A DNA stretch of 63,752 nt, counting the filler, from Octopus bimaculoides (Eukaryota), in the NCBI RefSeq assembly GCF_001194135.2. It is 5 parts of 4 records of this genome, joined end to end, with 100 filler letters (N's around TTAATTAATTAA, not from the genome) between each part and the next. Parts side by side here need not be neighbours in the genome. Positions count along the whole stretch, not along the records: positions 24,336 to 52,536 come from NC_068987.1; 4 more parts are not named here. One strand, written 5' to 3'. Position 1 is the first letter of the stretch. Each line of letters opens with the position of its first letter. Both the position numbers and the translations under genes were made by a program. This document shows positions 37,322 to 48,918 of this stretch, one piece after another. The notes below the pieces were generated by a model. It did not search any database. It was not told where the DNA came from and worked only from the letters and a program-made list of their open reading frames with translations.

Positions 37322-37759
37322 AGTAGTGACGCCTAATACCAGTCACCATTTTGGGAAGTTCGTCCACGCATGCACAGGGACATGTCTTCCAGAAGGTATG
37401 CAGGAAGTCCCTCATGCACATGCGTGGTCATCCTATATTAAAGCGTTCCCGCCTTTTCTCAACCTCTTAGTGCTGCACATTCGAGGAGACACGAGGTCCC
37501 TAAGAGCCACTCCGTAACTCTACCTTTGAGTCTACTCAACTGAGACTGAAGAATGATTTAATCAACCAGCATCGACACCGTCTTCACACCAACCATAAAG
37601 GGTGACCTGGCAATTCCATTACCCGAGATGTAGGCTGAGCACCTCATAATAAATATTTGTTATGCTGTTATTCAATTTATCCAGCATGTTCGTTTTTATT
37701 GAAGAGAATTGATTTGTATGGGATAGGGTTACCCATTGATGGTGGCCCTATCACCTACA
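37322..37759 (+). mobile_element. Solo LTR (438 bp)
   Basis: (A)GTAGTGACGCC...CACCTACA; flanks AGAG / GGAG; internal TATATTAA and AATAAATA; 5' part aligns with the other two LTRs. Confidence 0.8.
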
Positions 37760-38339
37760 GGAGCACCACCATTAAATTTTCCCATGAAGGATCTTCTTGC
37801 TCACATAGTGTCTTTTTGTACATAATTTTCTTTTAAGGATGCCACGTTTCTCTTGCAAGTAAGAAACACATCATTCTCAGTTTCCAATTTCCCCATTAAA
37901 TGAGTCAGCTGTGGTCATACTTCTATTTAGGTTGAAAAGGTTCAGGAAAATATACAGTTCAAAATTATGAAAAATGAGGTTGTGACAGGACAGCAACTGA
38001 AAATATCTATTCATTTCTCAAAAAAAGCACCAGTGAAAACAACAAAAATGAGATAATACAAATGTTCAGAAAATAAGCACTTGGAATTTTAAGCAGACTA
38101 TACTAGGGTTTGTTACTATGGAAACGGTCACCAATATGTCTGTGGCTTTTGACTGGCTAAAATTACCCAAAATTTGTAAACTTTAAATGCTATTAACTTT
38201 TTATTTATTAACTTATTGCAAAAATGAATTTCATTTCCAAAATTGCATACAAAATTATATTATTGCACCAAATTTGAAAACAATTGTGTCAAAATTTTAA
38301 ATTTTAAAAACTGACAGCAACAGAAAAGATCCATTATCC

Positions 38340-39308
38340 CACCACCCATTAAAAATTTGATTTTTCTTTTTTTCAGTTACAATCTATTCAGTTTATGGAA
38401 TAAGGTAGACTTGTGACAATTGAAAAAGTATGGGCAAATTATTGCTACAAGAAAGAAAAAACTCTTTGCTTTCATTTTACAACTCTGTCATTGGATATAT
38501 GAGAGATGAAAGATGTAATCACCCACTAAAATCCTCAAATTTTGAGGAGTTTTATTTATCTTGCATGATTTCAGAAAAAATTAATTTCAGCTTTAGTAAA
38601 ATTCTCAAATACATACAGGTATGGCTGTGTGGCTTCCCAACTACATAATTCTGGGTTCAGTTTCACTGCATGGCATCTTGGGCAAGTGCCTTCTACTAAA
38701 GCCTTGGGCTGACTAAAGCCTGATGAGTGTATTTAGTAGACAGAAACTGAAAGAAGCCCATTGTATATTAAAATATATATATATGTGGGCATATGTCTTT
38801 GTGCCTGTGTTTGTTCCCTACCATTGCTTAACCACCACAGATGGTGTGTTCACATCCCTGTAACTTAGCAGTTTGACAAAACGGACCAATAGAATAAGTG
38901 CCAGGCTTCAAGAAAATAAGTACTGGGATTGATTTGCTTGACTAAAATTGTTCAAGGTGGTACCCCAACATGGCTGCAGTCTAATTACTGAAACTAGTAG
39001 AAAATAAAAGATAAATCTTGATGGATTTTATTTATTTGTTTTATTTTATCTAAGATATAAGGTTTTTAAATTCACTCATCATGAATTGCAAATTAAAAAT
39101 GTTGATCATAATTTCAATTGGTGTTGAGCTATAATTTTGCTTGTGCGCAAGGCAAATTAAGATTTCTGATGAATTTTTAATGTCAGCTTTCCATATCCAT
39201 TTCAATTTTGATGGCATACTACAAATTATTTTCGTATTGTGTTTATATAGAAATAGCAAATAATTCATACTAAAATTATGTGTATTTATACTATGTGGAT
39301 CCTCGATG

Positions 39309-39315
<7 letters not shown>
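38340..39315 (-). mobile_element. AT-rich interspersed element (probable non-autonomous DNA transposon), interrupted by a SINE-B
   Basis: Reverse complement aligns over several hundred bp with 44870-45450 (e.g. GCGCACAAGCAAAATTATAGCTCAAC, CTCAAAATTTGA.GATTTTAG). Confidence 0.75.
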
Positions 39316-39355
<40 letters not shown>

Positions 39356-39961
39356 ACGCATGTGTATGTGTGTGTGTGCACGCATGTGTGTGCACGCGTG
39401 TGTGTGTATGTGTGTGTGTGCATGCATGTGTGTGTGTGCTTGTGTGCATGCACATATGTGAGAGGAAAGCATAAATGCTGACAGAAGAATACACAAAAAT
39501 TTTCGATGAAAATAAGGGCAATCCTTTGCTATTGGTCTCCAAATTGTTTGTTTGAGGAGGTGATGTTATTCATGCTCTGCTTCAGCCTAGCCTCTTTATC
39601 TATGTCATGAGGTAGGTTGTGTGGGTGAATGGTGTTATTTACCAATCCTGAAGGATCACCAAAATAAGTTATCTTTTACATGCCTTGTTTTATTACTTTA
39701 GTTAAATTCCCAGATAATATCCTCAGGTTTTTACCCTTCTGCTTCTAAAATCTGGTTTAAAATCTGCTCATAGCAAATGACATTTGCTTGTTTTTTTTAA
39801 TTCCAAAATAAGAAAAACTTGATGCACTTTCAAAACTGGAGTTTAACCATGATTGCATTCATGCACACTACAAAAGAAATAGACCAATGACCTTTTTGAG
39901 ATCTCATGCATTTCTATGCAAATAAGAAATGATGTATTAACCATTTATTATTTGCATAAAT

Positions 39962-41181
39962 TACAAGGGTGGGCTAAAAAGTTCATAGGTTGATTTTGAA
40001 GGTGTGATGCTAGAGCTGCAAAATCTTGCATGCATTAATTTCAACTTGTCTTATTAATAACTGCATTGCTTCTTTCTAGGTAAACTGACTATTCAGAAAT
40101 CACTTCAAAAGTAACTAGCAGTGAGCTCTTGAGAATCAACTAAATTTGGCACTTTTGCAGAAAAATGGTTTAGCCACCAAGGACATCTATGTTGACATGG
40201 TTGCTATATAAGGGGATGATGCTCACCTCTATCAACAGTGAAAAAATTCAACAGCTGAATTTAGGAGGGGAAGGGAGAAGTCTTGAAGAAGACTCAAGAT
40301 CTGATTGTCCTGAAACTACCACAACCAAGGGAAACATTGATCGTATTCACTACATGGTGATGGATGACAGACAATTAACTGTAAATCAAATAGCCAATGC
40401 TATTAGTATATCCTGTGAGAGAGTTTAGAATATTCTGCTCAATGAACTTGGTATGACAATGGTTTCTGTTTGGTTGGTGCTATGTCTTCTCACACCTGAT
40501 CAAAAGTGTACCAGGTTGATCACATCACAGGAAAATCTGACACTATTTGGAGTAGATCCTGCTAATTTCCTTGAACATTTCATAACGTGGGATGAATATT
40601 AGGTTCATCACTTTGAGCCAGAGACAAAGAGACAACCTATGCAGTGGAAATACCCCTCTTTACCTGCTCCATAGAAGGCCAAGGTCATTTCATCCACAGG
40701 GAAGGTGATGTCTCGATCTTTTGGGATGCAAAAGGCATTGTGTTTATTGATTATCTTCAGAAGAGCCATGCCATCAATGGTGAGTACTATGTCAACTTGC
40801 TGAGGCAGTTATGAAAGGCTATCAAGACCAAAAACCCAGAAAAACTGATGAAAGGACACTTTTTTCATCAGGACATTACTCCAGCACACAAACGCTTGAT
40901 TTCCCTATTCTCCTGATTTGGCCCCATCTGACTATCATCTGTTCCCCAACATGAAAAAGCACTTAGTTGGGAACCAGTATCACAGTGATGATGTCATATC
41001 TGCTGTTGATGAATTTTTGACCAGGGTGAAAGGTTCTTCACCAATGGTATCCAAGCATTGCAATATCAATGAAATAAGTGTGTCAACTGCAAGTGGGACT
41101 ATGTTAAATAATAAACCTTATTTAGTCCCATTCCATGAGAGTAACTTGGTCAGCCTATGAACTTTACAGTCATCCTTTGTA
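39962..41181 (+). mobile_element. Mariner (Tc1/mariner) transposon, full length, transposase decayed
   Basis: TA TSD; TIRs CAAGGGTGGGCTAAAAAGTTCATAGG and CCTATGAACTTTACAGTCATCCTTTG; remnants HHFEPETKRQ.MQW, AKGIVFIDYL, FHQD, YSPDLAPSDYHLFPNMKKHL. Confidence 0.95.
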
Positions 41182-41364
41182 TGATTATTTATACAAATGA
41201 TGGAAGATTTGATCAGCCGCAATATATATGTTGATCTCCAAGGAACAAACCTGTGTCTGTGCATGTTTATGCCCTGTGTGTGTGTGTGCGTGCGCGTGCA
41301 CGTGTGTGTAGACATGTGTGCATAAGAAAAGGCATATTTACTGAGGAGCTGTTGAGGCTGCACA

Positions 41365-43260
41365 ACATCATCACCATCATCATCATCGTTTATCTTCCAC
41401 TTTCCATGCTAGCATGGGTTGGACGATTTGACTGAGGACTGGTGAACCAGATGGCCACACCAGGCTCCAATCTGATTTGGTAGAGTTTCTACAGCTGGAT
41501 GCCCTTCCTAACGCCAACCACTCTGAGAGTATAGTGCTTTTTCGTGCCACCGGCATGAAGGCCAGTCTGGAGGTACTAGCAATGGCCATGCTCGAAATGG
41601 TGTATTTTACGTGCCACCTGCACAGGAGCAAGTCCAGCGATACTGGCAACGAACTCGCTCAAATGTCTTTTCACATGCCACTGGCACAAGTGCCAGGAAG
41701 GCGACGTTGGNNNNNNNNNNNNNNNNNNNNNNNNNNNNNNNNNNNNNNNNNNNNNNNNNNNNNNNNNNNNNNNNNNNNNNNNNNNNNNNNNNNNNNNNNN
41801 NNNNNNNNNNNNNNNNNNNNNNNNNNNNNNNNNNNNNNNNNNNNNNNNNNNNNNNNNNNNNNNNNNNNNNNNNNNNNNNNNNNNNNNNNNNNNNNNNNNN
41901 NNNNNNNNNNNNNNNNNNNNNNNNNNNNNNNNNNNNNNNNNNNNNNNNNNNNNNNNNNNNNNNNNNNNNNNNNNNNNNNNNNNNNNNNNNNNNNNNNNNN
42001 NNNNNNNNNNNNNNNNNNNNNNNNNNNNNNNNNNNNNNNNNNNNNNNNNNNNNNNNNNNNNNNNNNNNNNNNNNNNNNNNNNNNNNNNNNNNNNNNNNNN
42101 NNNNNNNNNNNNNNNNNNNNNNNNNNNNNNNNNNNNNNNNNNNNNNNNNNNNNNNNNNNNNNNNNNNNNNNNNNNNNNNNNNNNNNNNNNNNNNNNNNNN
42201 NNNNNNNNNNNNNNNNNNNNNNNNNNNNNNNNNNNNNNNNNNNNNNNNNNNNNNNNNNNNNNNNNNNNNNNNNNNNNNNNNNNNNNNNNNNNNNNNNNNN
42301 NNNNNNNNNNNNNNNNNNNNNNNNNNNNNNNNNNNNNNNNNNNNNNNNNNNNNNNNNNNNNNNNNNNNNNNNNNNNNNNNNNNNNNNNNNNNNNNNNNNN
42401 NNNNNNNNNNNNNNNNNNNNNNNNNNNNNNNNNNNNNNNNNNNNNNNNNNNNNNNNNNNNNNNNNNNNNNNNNNNNNNNNNNNNNNNNNNNNNNNNNNNN
42501 NNNNNNNNNNNNNNNNNNNNNNNNNNNNNNNNNNNNNNNNNNNNNNNNNNNNNNNNNNNNNNNNNNNNNNNNNNNNNNNNNNNNNNNNNNNNNNNNNCAA
42601 TTGTCTCTCTTGCACACCACAACTGATGCTTCTTAGGTTCAACTTTTCTCTCAAGATACTTACACTCTGTCGGGTATGCACACTGACATTACTCATCCAT
42701 CGGAGCATACTGGCTTCATTCCTTGCGAGCTTACGCATGTCCTCAGCAGTCATGGCCCATGTTTCACTGCCATGTAGCATGGCTGTTCGTACACATGCGT
42801 CATACAGTCTGCCTTTTACTCTGAGTGAGAGGCCCTTTGTCGCTAGCAGAGGTAAGAGCTCTCTGAACTTTGCCCAGGCTATTCTTATTCTAGCAGCCAC
42901 ACTTTCAGCGCACCCACCCCCACAACTAACTTGGTCACCCAGATATCGTAAGCTATCAACTATGTGCAGTTTTTCTCCCTGGAATGTCACAGAAGTTGTT
43001 TCCTGCACATTTTCAGTGTTTATTTCACCTGAACATCTGCCACATATAAAAACTTCCTAGTTAACCTGCCTTTGATATTGCTGCACCCCTTATGTGTCCA
43101 TAGCTTACACTGGGTACATCTTATAGAGTTCCTACCTANNNNNNNNNNTACCGCCTGGAGGACTATGATAAATAGGAGGAGGCTGAGGACAGAACCTTGG
43201 TGGACCCCTACCTCTACCCGGAATTCTTCACTGTAATTATTGCAAACCCTCACCTTACTG
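41365..43260 (-). mobile_element. RTE LINE 3' part spanning a gap
   Basis: GVHQGSVLSLLLF, NSIRCTQCKLWTHKGC, VDSLRYLGDQV, MLHGSETW; 3' tail ending (GAT)n at about 41365-41400. Confidence 0.93.
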
Positions 43261-43269
43261 ACAGTGTCA

Positions 43270-44790
43270 AATGAGTGTGTAGCCCTGAACTCCAAGGATG
43301 CCCTGACAGTCATCATTTACAAAAAGAAGTGGGATTGAGCAGAATGTGGGAACAACCAGGGCATCTCTCTGTAGGCCATTGCCAACATCTCAGAGCAGGT
43401 CTTATCAAAGAGTCAATGAAGCTTCAGACCAAGATCAATCAGGGACATAATCTTCAGACTGTGACAGCTACAGGAGAAAGCAGTGGAGCCACACCGACCC
43501 TTCTTTGTGATGTTTGTGGGCTTTCCCAATGTATTTGACATGGCGGACTGAGACACTCTTTGGAAAGTACTAGAGACTTATATGTACCTGAGGAGCTTGT
43601 TAATATTATCAAGCAGTTCTGCACAGAAGTGAAAGATGAGACTCAGTTGGTGGAGAATTTAGTGAAACGTTTGCAGTCAAGCATGGTGTGCAGCAGAGGT
43701 GTATGCTTACCCTTGCACTCTTCTCTCTTTACATCACAGCTTTGCTTGACACCATGAGGGTCAATCTGCACAAGGGGTTTTCATCTGCACCAGAACAGAT
43801 GGGAAGCTCTTCAACTTGGCCTGTCTTCATGTTTCCACCAAAATCAGCAAATTGTGTGTCATTGAGCAGCTCTACACAAATGACTCAGTGCTCGTGGCCA
43901 GCAGCATTGAAGACATGCAACACATTGTGGGTTTGTTTTCTTGTGCAGCAGATATGTTTTGTTTCAAGATCAACACTACCAATTTCCATCAAGATGTTCT
44001 AATAGATCACAAGAGCCGAAACCAGTGACAGTACATGGAGAGCCCCTAAAGTACATTGAGGCTTTTACCTATCTTGGCAGTGCAGCGACTTGTACTAACT
44101 CTTCTGACCTTGAAGTTGAGAGGTGAATGCACTCTGCCACAAAGGCTTTTGGCTGCCATGAGATTGCTTGCCACATGAAAATAAAACTGTGCAGTGTCAC
44201 AGTGCTCCTTTGCCCGCTCTACATCATGGAATATATGACCATCTACCACAGGTACATCAAAACTTTGATGTGAGTTCAACTTCATTATCTGTGCTCCATC
44301 TTACATATCAAATGATGGGATCACATTCCTAATGTAGAGGTCCTGCACTGTGCTGGTTCAGTTAGTGTAGAGGCCATCATTACCTCATTGCAGCTGTGTT
44401 GGGTGGGACATGTTTGTAGGGTGGATAGTGGCAGACTCCCAAAGACAGTTTTCTGCACTGAACTGCATCATGAGGAGCCGTGGTGACCAGAGGTTGCAAT
44501 ACAAGAATATGCTGAAGAGACATATGAAGAACTCCAGCATCTCCACAGACAACTGGGAGGAGAAGGCCCTGTGATGCAAAGAATGGCAACTATTGCTGAT
44601 GGTCATAATTCCAGCCATTGAGAACAACAAAGAGAATGCAAATGAGCGCATGAAAAGCATCATTTCTTCATTGTGATAAGTAACTTCACCTATAGCAGAT
44701 GTTATCACCGACACAGGTTAAGAGCAGGCTTTGTGGCCCACATGCCAGACAGAGATAACTTCTGAACAGAACAGTCAGCGTTAACTTATG
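43270..44790 (+). mobile_element. Second, older RTE-family LINE, heavily decayed
   Basis: Fragments IIYKKK...CGNNQGISL, LYTNDSVL, FKINTT, IEAFTYLGS, scattered over frames. Confidence 0.75.
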
Positions 44791-44869
44791 ATGAAGAACC
44801 ACCACGTTGACATCACATAATGTTTATATAAAATGGCAAGATATCTCTGTTGTCACTTACACACACACA

Positions 44870-45450
44870 TACAGAGGATCGTTACAGATCACCATAGTTT
44901 GTGGCTGGTTAAATTTTCTGTAATTTGTATAAAAACACATAATCAACAAAGTTTTAAGTATTTACTATTTACTATTTCTATATAAACTCAACCCATAAAT
45001 AATTCGTGGCATGGTATGAAACAGACTCGGAAAGCTGATATTTAGAAAAAAATTCATCACAAATTGTTTGCGCACAAGCAAAATTATAGCTCAACTTCAA
45101 TTGAAATTATGATCAGCTTTTTTTATTTTGCAATTCACGATGAGAGGATTTAAAAACCTTATCTGAGATAAAGTAAAATAAATAACATCAATCAAGATGT
45201 GAGGCTTTTATTAAAGTTAAATTTTTTTTTTTTTTTTTAGAATTCATACAATAGAAGCAAATACCTCAAAATTTGAAGATTTTAGCGACTGATTACGTTG
45301 TTTATCTTTCATAAATCCTATGACAAGAGTTGTAAAATGACAATGATTTTTTGTAACAAAAATTTGCTTGTACTTTTTTCATTTGTCACAAGTCCACCTT
45401 GTTCTGTAAGCTGAGTAGATTGTGATTCAAAAAAAAAGAAAGAGGAAAAA
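44870..45450 (+). mobile_element. Second copy of the AT-rich element, inverted relative to 38340-39315
   Basis: Both copies begin CAGAGG next to a (CA)n run. Confidence 0.75.
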
Positions 45451-45619
45451 ATTTATATTTGACAGGAAAAAAATACTTTTTTTTAACTTTATTTCAAAAT
45501 TTCAAAATCTGTGACACAAACAGAAAAAATACAAAAAAAAAAAAATTGGTAATTTCATATTTGACGTTCGTAAAATCATAGTTATCCCAAAAGTTTATTT
45601 CAATAAAGCATTTAGTAGT

Positions 45620-46340
45620 CACAAGTGGTACACACTGCAAACAGCGAATAAAACGTGAGGGAAAATGATAGACTTATTTTGAATAGAGTTTCACTCTGGG
45701 CACATGTGAGAATTCTTCAACACTTCACGGCAAGCATACAAAGCAATATAGGTTGCTGAATCTGACAAAGATCGAGCCAGTGTCGTAATTGTATGCCTTT
45801 GATTGATTATCTGCTGATCTGCAAGTATTTCGTTGGGATTTACAATAAAACAAGGTGCAGCAAGGCCTCCCGATGACGTGCTAATCGAGTTGAAGCGAAA
45901 TTGAAACTAAAACAAATTCGATTTTACGGACGGCAAATAGGAAATTACCAAAACTTTCTCAGAGAAATAAAAAAAAGTGAGTTATTTCTAACATACCGAG
46001 TTTTCTAGTGAGGGTTTGATAAATTTTCGTCTGCTATTTCTGGGAAAATCTACGCATGCGCAAACAAACATCCACTACGTAAAACATCCAGAAAAGCGTG
46101 AAGAAGAGGAGAGGGGCGAAATGGAATGTTTTCTAAGAAAATTTGAAATTTAGAAAAATACTTTTCTAGATTCGTAATCTTTGTATTTTTCCACAAAGAT
46201 TACAAAAAAACAAATTTAAAAAATTCGAAAAGTGCAAAATAAAAGATGGAGTCGGGGGAAAGAAATTAAAGTTTCGAAATCGTGTTTTTTTTTCTTTTTG
46301 GCAAAATCGTGTGTGTGTATGTATTAGATAAAGATAATTA
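45620..46340. promoter_or_regulatory. Putative CpG-retaining (possibly bidirectional) promoter
   Basis: Unique sequence with many CpGs between CpG-depleted flanks; NRF1-like ACGCATGCGCA at 46052-46062; plus-strand donor AAA|gtgagt at 45977. Confidence 0.4.
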
Positions 46341-46659
46341 TGGCCAGTCTATGGGCGACTAGCTTTACGGTATTTCCTCAGACCTTAATAGCCGGTGGCT
46401 TATAACCTCTCTTCGAAGTGGAGGAAGAAAAGACTTCGTTTGTTACTTATTCAACACACGGACAAAGGATTAAACGCAAGGGATTGTCTCCCTTAGACCG
46501 CTATCTGTAGTCGACGCGATCGCCTTGTGGGTTCTAGGACTTCAGTTGAAATCTCTTGAACTGAATGAAAGCAGGGTCTGTAAAGCTAAGTACTTAATGG
46601 ACGCGAAACCCAGAGTAACCCCATAGACCGAACATAACTATCTTTAATTCGTTTCTACT

Positions 46660-46970
46660 CTAGGCACAAGGCCCGAAAGTTTTAGGGAGGGTGCCAGTCG
46701 ATTAGATCGATCCTAGTACGTAACTGGTTTTTAATTTATCGACCCCGAAGGGATGAAAGGCAAAGTCGACCTTGGCGGAATTTGAACCCAGAACGTAAAG
46801 ACAGACGAAATACCGTTAAGCATTTCGCCCGACGTGCTAACGTTTCTTATTTCTTTACTGCTCACAAGGGGCTATACATACAGGGAACAAACAAGGACAG
46901 ACAAACGGATTAAGTTGATTATATCGACTCCAGTGCTAACGTTTCTGCCATCTCGCCGCCTTAATAACTA
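46660..46970 (-). mobile_element. SINE family A composite with intact CpGs
   Basis: GGCGGCGAGATGGCAGAAACGTTAGCAC head, tail ...AAAGAAATAAG, then a second unit; CGACCCCGAA, GTCGAC and TTCGCCCGACG are retained. Confidence 0.88.
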
Positions 46971-47369
46971 TTTTAATTGCTCTTTCGGATTTATGATTTA
47001 CAGACGATATATATACGGGATTGACCAAAAGTCACCCGACAGTAAATCAAAATTCCATAAATACTTAATATACAATTTTATTTATTCATTCCATGAATGT
47101 TTAATAATTGAATGCTGTGAGTTAAAATCCCCGTTGTTTTTTTTTTTCTCAACATTAGCGAAGTCTCATATAAAATAATTTTTTGTTTTAATTTTGGTAT
47201 TGCATAGTTTTGATCTACTGTCAGGTGACTTTTGGCCAACCCAGTATATATATATCCATTTTTTAAGACAAATTTTTGGTAACCCTTTATCGACGAGAAA
47301 CTTAAGGTAATAGCATAAACTAGCTTCCCCCAATTTTAATTTATAAAAAATATATATATATTCCTTTTT

Positions 47370-47608
47370 TCTTTGTCTGCGGTCATTGTGGAGCACTGCC
47401 TTTAGTCGAACAAACTGACCCCAGGACTCATTCTAAGCCTAGTACTTATTCTATCGATCTCTCTTTTGCCTAACCGCTAGTTTACGGGGATGTAAACACA
47501 AGAGCATCGGTTGTCAAGCGATGGTGGGGGGGACAAACAGAGACACACATTCAAATATATATATATATATATACACACACAAAACGAGCTTCTTTCAGTT
47601 TCCGTCTA
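47370..47608 (-). mobile_element. 3' half of a SINE-B
   Basis: TAGACGGAAACTGAAAGAAGC, microsatellite, GCTTGACAACCGATGC...GACTAAAGGCAGTGCTCCA. Confidence 0.85.
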
Positions 47609-48230
47609 GCCGTTCTTAAGGGTACAGTGGAGTGCTTTTTCGCCTTTTCCTCACTCATAAATCGCACCTCCACCGTACCGTACTTTCTACCACGTGTGTA
47701 AAATGTTGTTAAAGGCTTAACTTCGTTTAGGCACTGCTCTAATTCTTCTGTCTCTGCCACTTCTATCTTCTTTGTTTCAACATAAAGCGTTCTGAATGTT
47801 ATTATTTTCTTCTCCTCTCGTTCGAAAACTTCTTTCAGCAGTGTTATTTTTAGAACATCTCCTTGTTTCTTGAATAATTTCTTATATGTTTCTAATTTTG
47901 TCTTATCCACGTGTATCTCTTGCATTTCCATTGCATTAGCAGACAAGTTTCTACTTGTTGCCGCAGCATACGTTCCTTCTTCCATACCCGACACGGGCAG
48001 GAAAACAATTTTCAACAATAAATATTAACAATAATATTTTAACAACAATTCTTTAAACAATTTCAACAAAACGCAAATTAGACAAACTCACCGCGTTGAA
48101 TGCTTTCTTCAAACCAAAATCACAACACAACTCCAAAAGACTGCTACTCAACACACCTACCATGGCCAGACTACCTCTATTTATATGTCTTGGGAAATCC
48201 TACTTCTTCCCCTGGGGGCGTCGACACAAC
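47609..48230 (-). mobile_element. 5' end (leader plus truncated ORF1, RRM-like) of a probable Tx1/L1-type retroelement
   Basis: Open frame MEEGTYAAATSRNL...TLYVETKK...RKYGTVEVRFMSEEKAKK with RNP-like hydrophobic patterns and the 'TYAAA' N-terminal motif common in LINE ORF1; cut off at the SINE junction. Confidence 0.55.
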
Positions 48231-48872
48231 AATACCCAAATTGTGAAGTCAAATGTACAATAACATGAAATTAGTTACCCGATAGTAAGAATTGAAATAA
48301 AGTAGCTCCGAAAAGGGCTTGAATGCGTTCCCAGAGTAGATAGAAAATAAGAGGAAATACTAATAAGGTATGTATACTAAAATCACGAAGCACGTTACAG
48401 GCTAATCAGAAATGAGATAACACACATGCAAAGTAAATGACTCTGAAAAGGGCTTTTGTGCATTCCCAGAGAATATTACCCTCAGAGGCGCTAGTGTTGG
48501 TATATTCGTGAATCAGTCACTAATCGAAATAAGTGGATCTATTGTTTAGGAAAATACTATTTTCTTGTTTAAGGGTTGTACTGGATAAATTGTGAAAATA
48601 ACTCTAACAGTTCGAATACTAAGAAATAAGCATACTCAGTTTCATTTTTACCAAATAATTTCAGAAAATGAATGGGTCATTTCCCTTGGTTATGTGTAAG
48701 GATCCCTTCTAGGGGCCCTATTATCAAATTTTTCAACAATCTGAGTATGCCATGAGGTTTCCAGACATGAGTTCTACTTACATGTCAAGTTTCATCAAAA
48801 ACAATAAAATGATGTAGGAGTTAGCTAACAACTCCATAAACACACCCACAGACAGAATTTCCCACATATGTA

Positions 48873-48917
<45 letters not shown>

Positions 48918-48918
<1 letters not shown>

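Noticed and set aside
39735-39870. Minus-strand exon candidate with a strong acceptor (tttcttttgtag)
   Set aside because: All three frames contain stops before the nearest donor.
41477-43060. Long ORFs spanning N runs (also 2642-3523, 21939-22513 and 58240-59170)
   Set aside because: Their length comes from untranslatable X codons.
45793-45976. Plus frame MPLIDY...KASR*RANRVEAK...EIKK with one in-frame TGA (45874) ending at a GTGAGT donor; possible selenoprotein
   Set aside because: No redox motif or recognisable selenoprotein family and no SECIS identified; more likely promoter/5'UTR sequence.
47551-48018. 155-aa ORF as a host gene
   Set aside because: It runs into SINE and microsatellite sequence without a splice donor; better explained as a retroelement ORF1 fragment.
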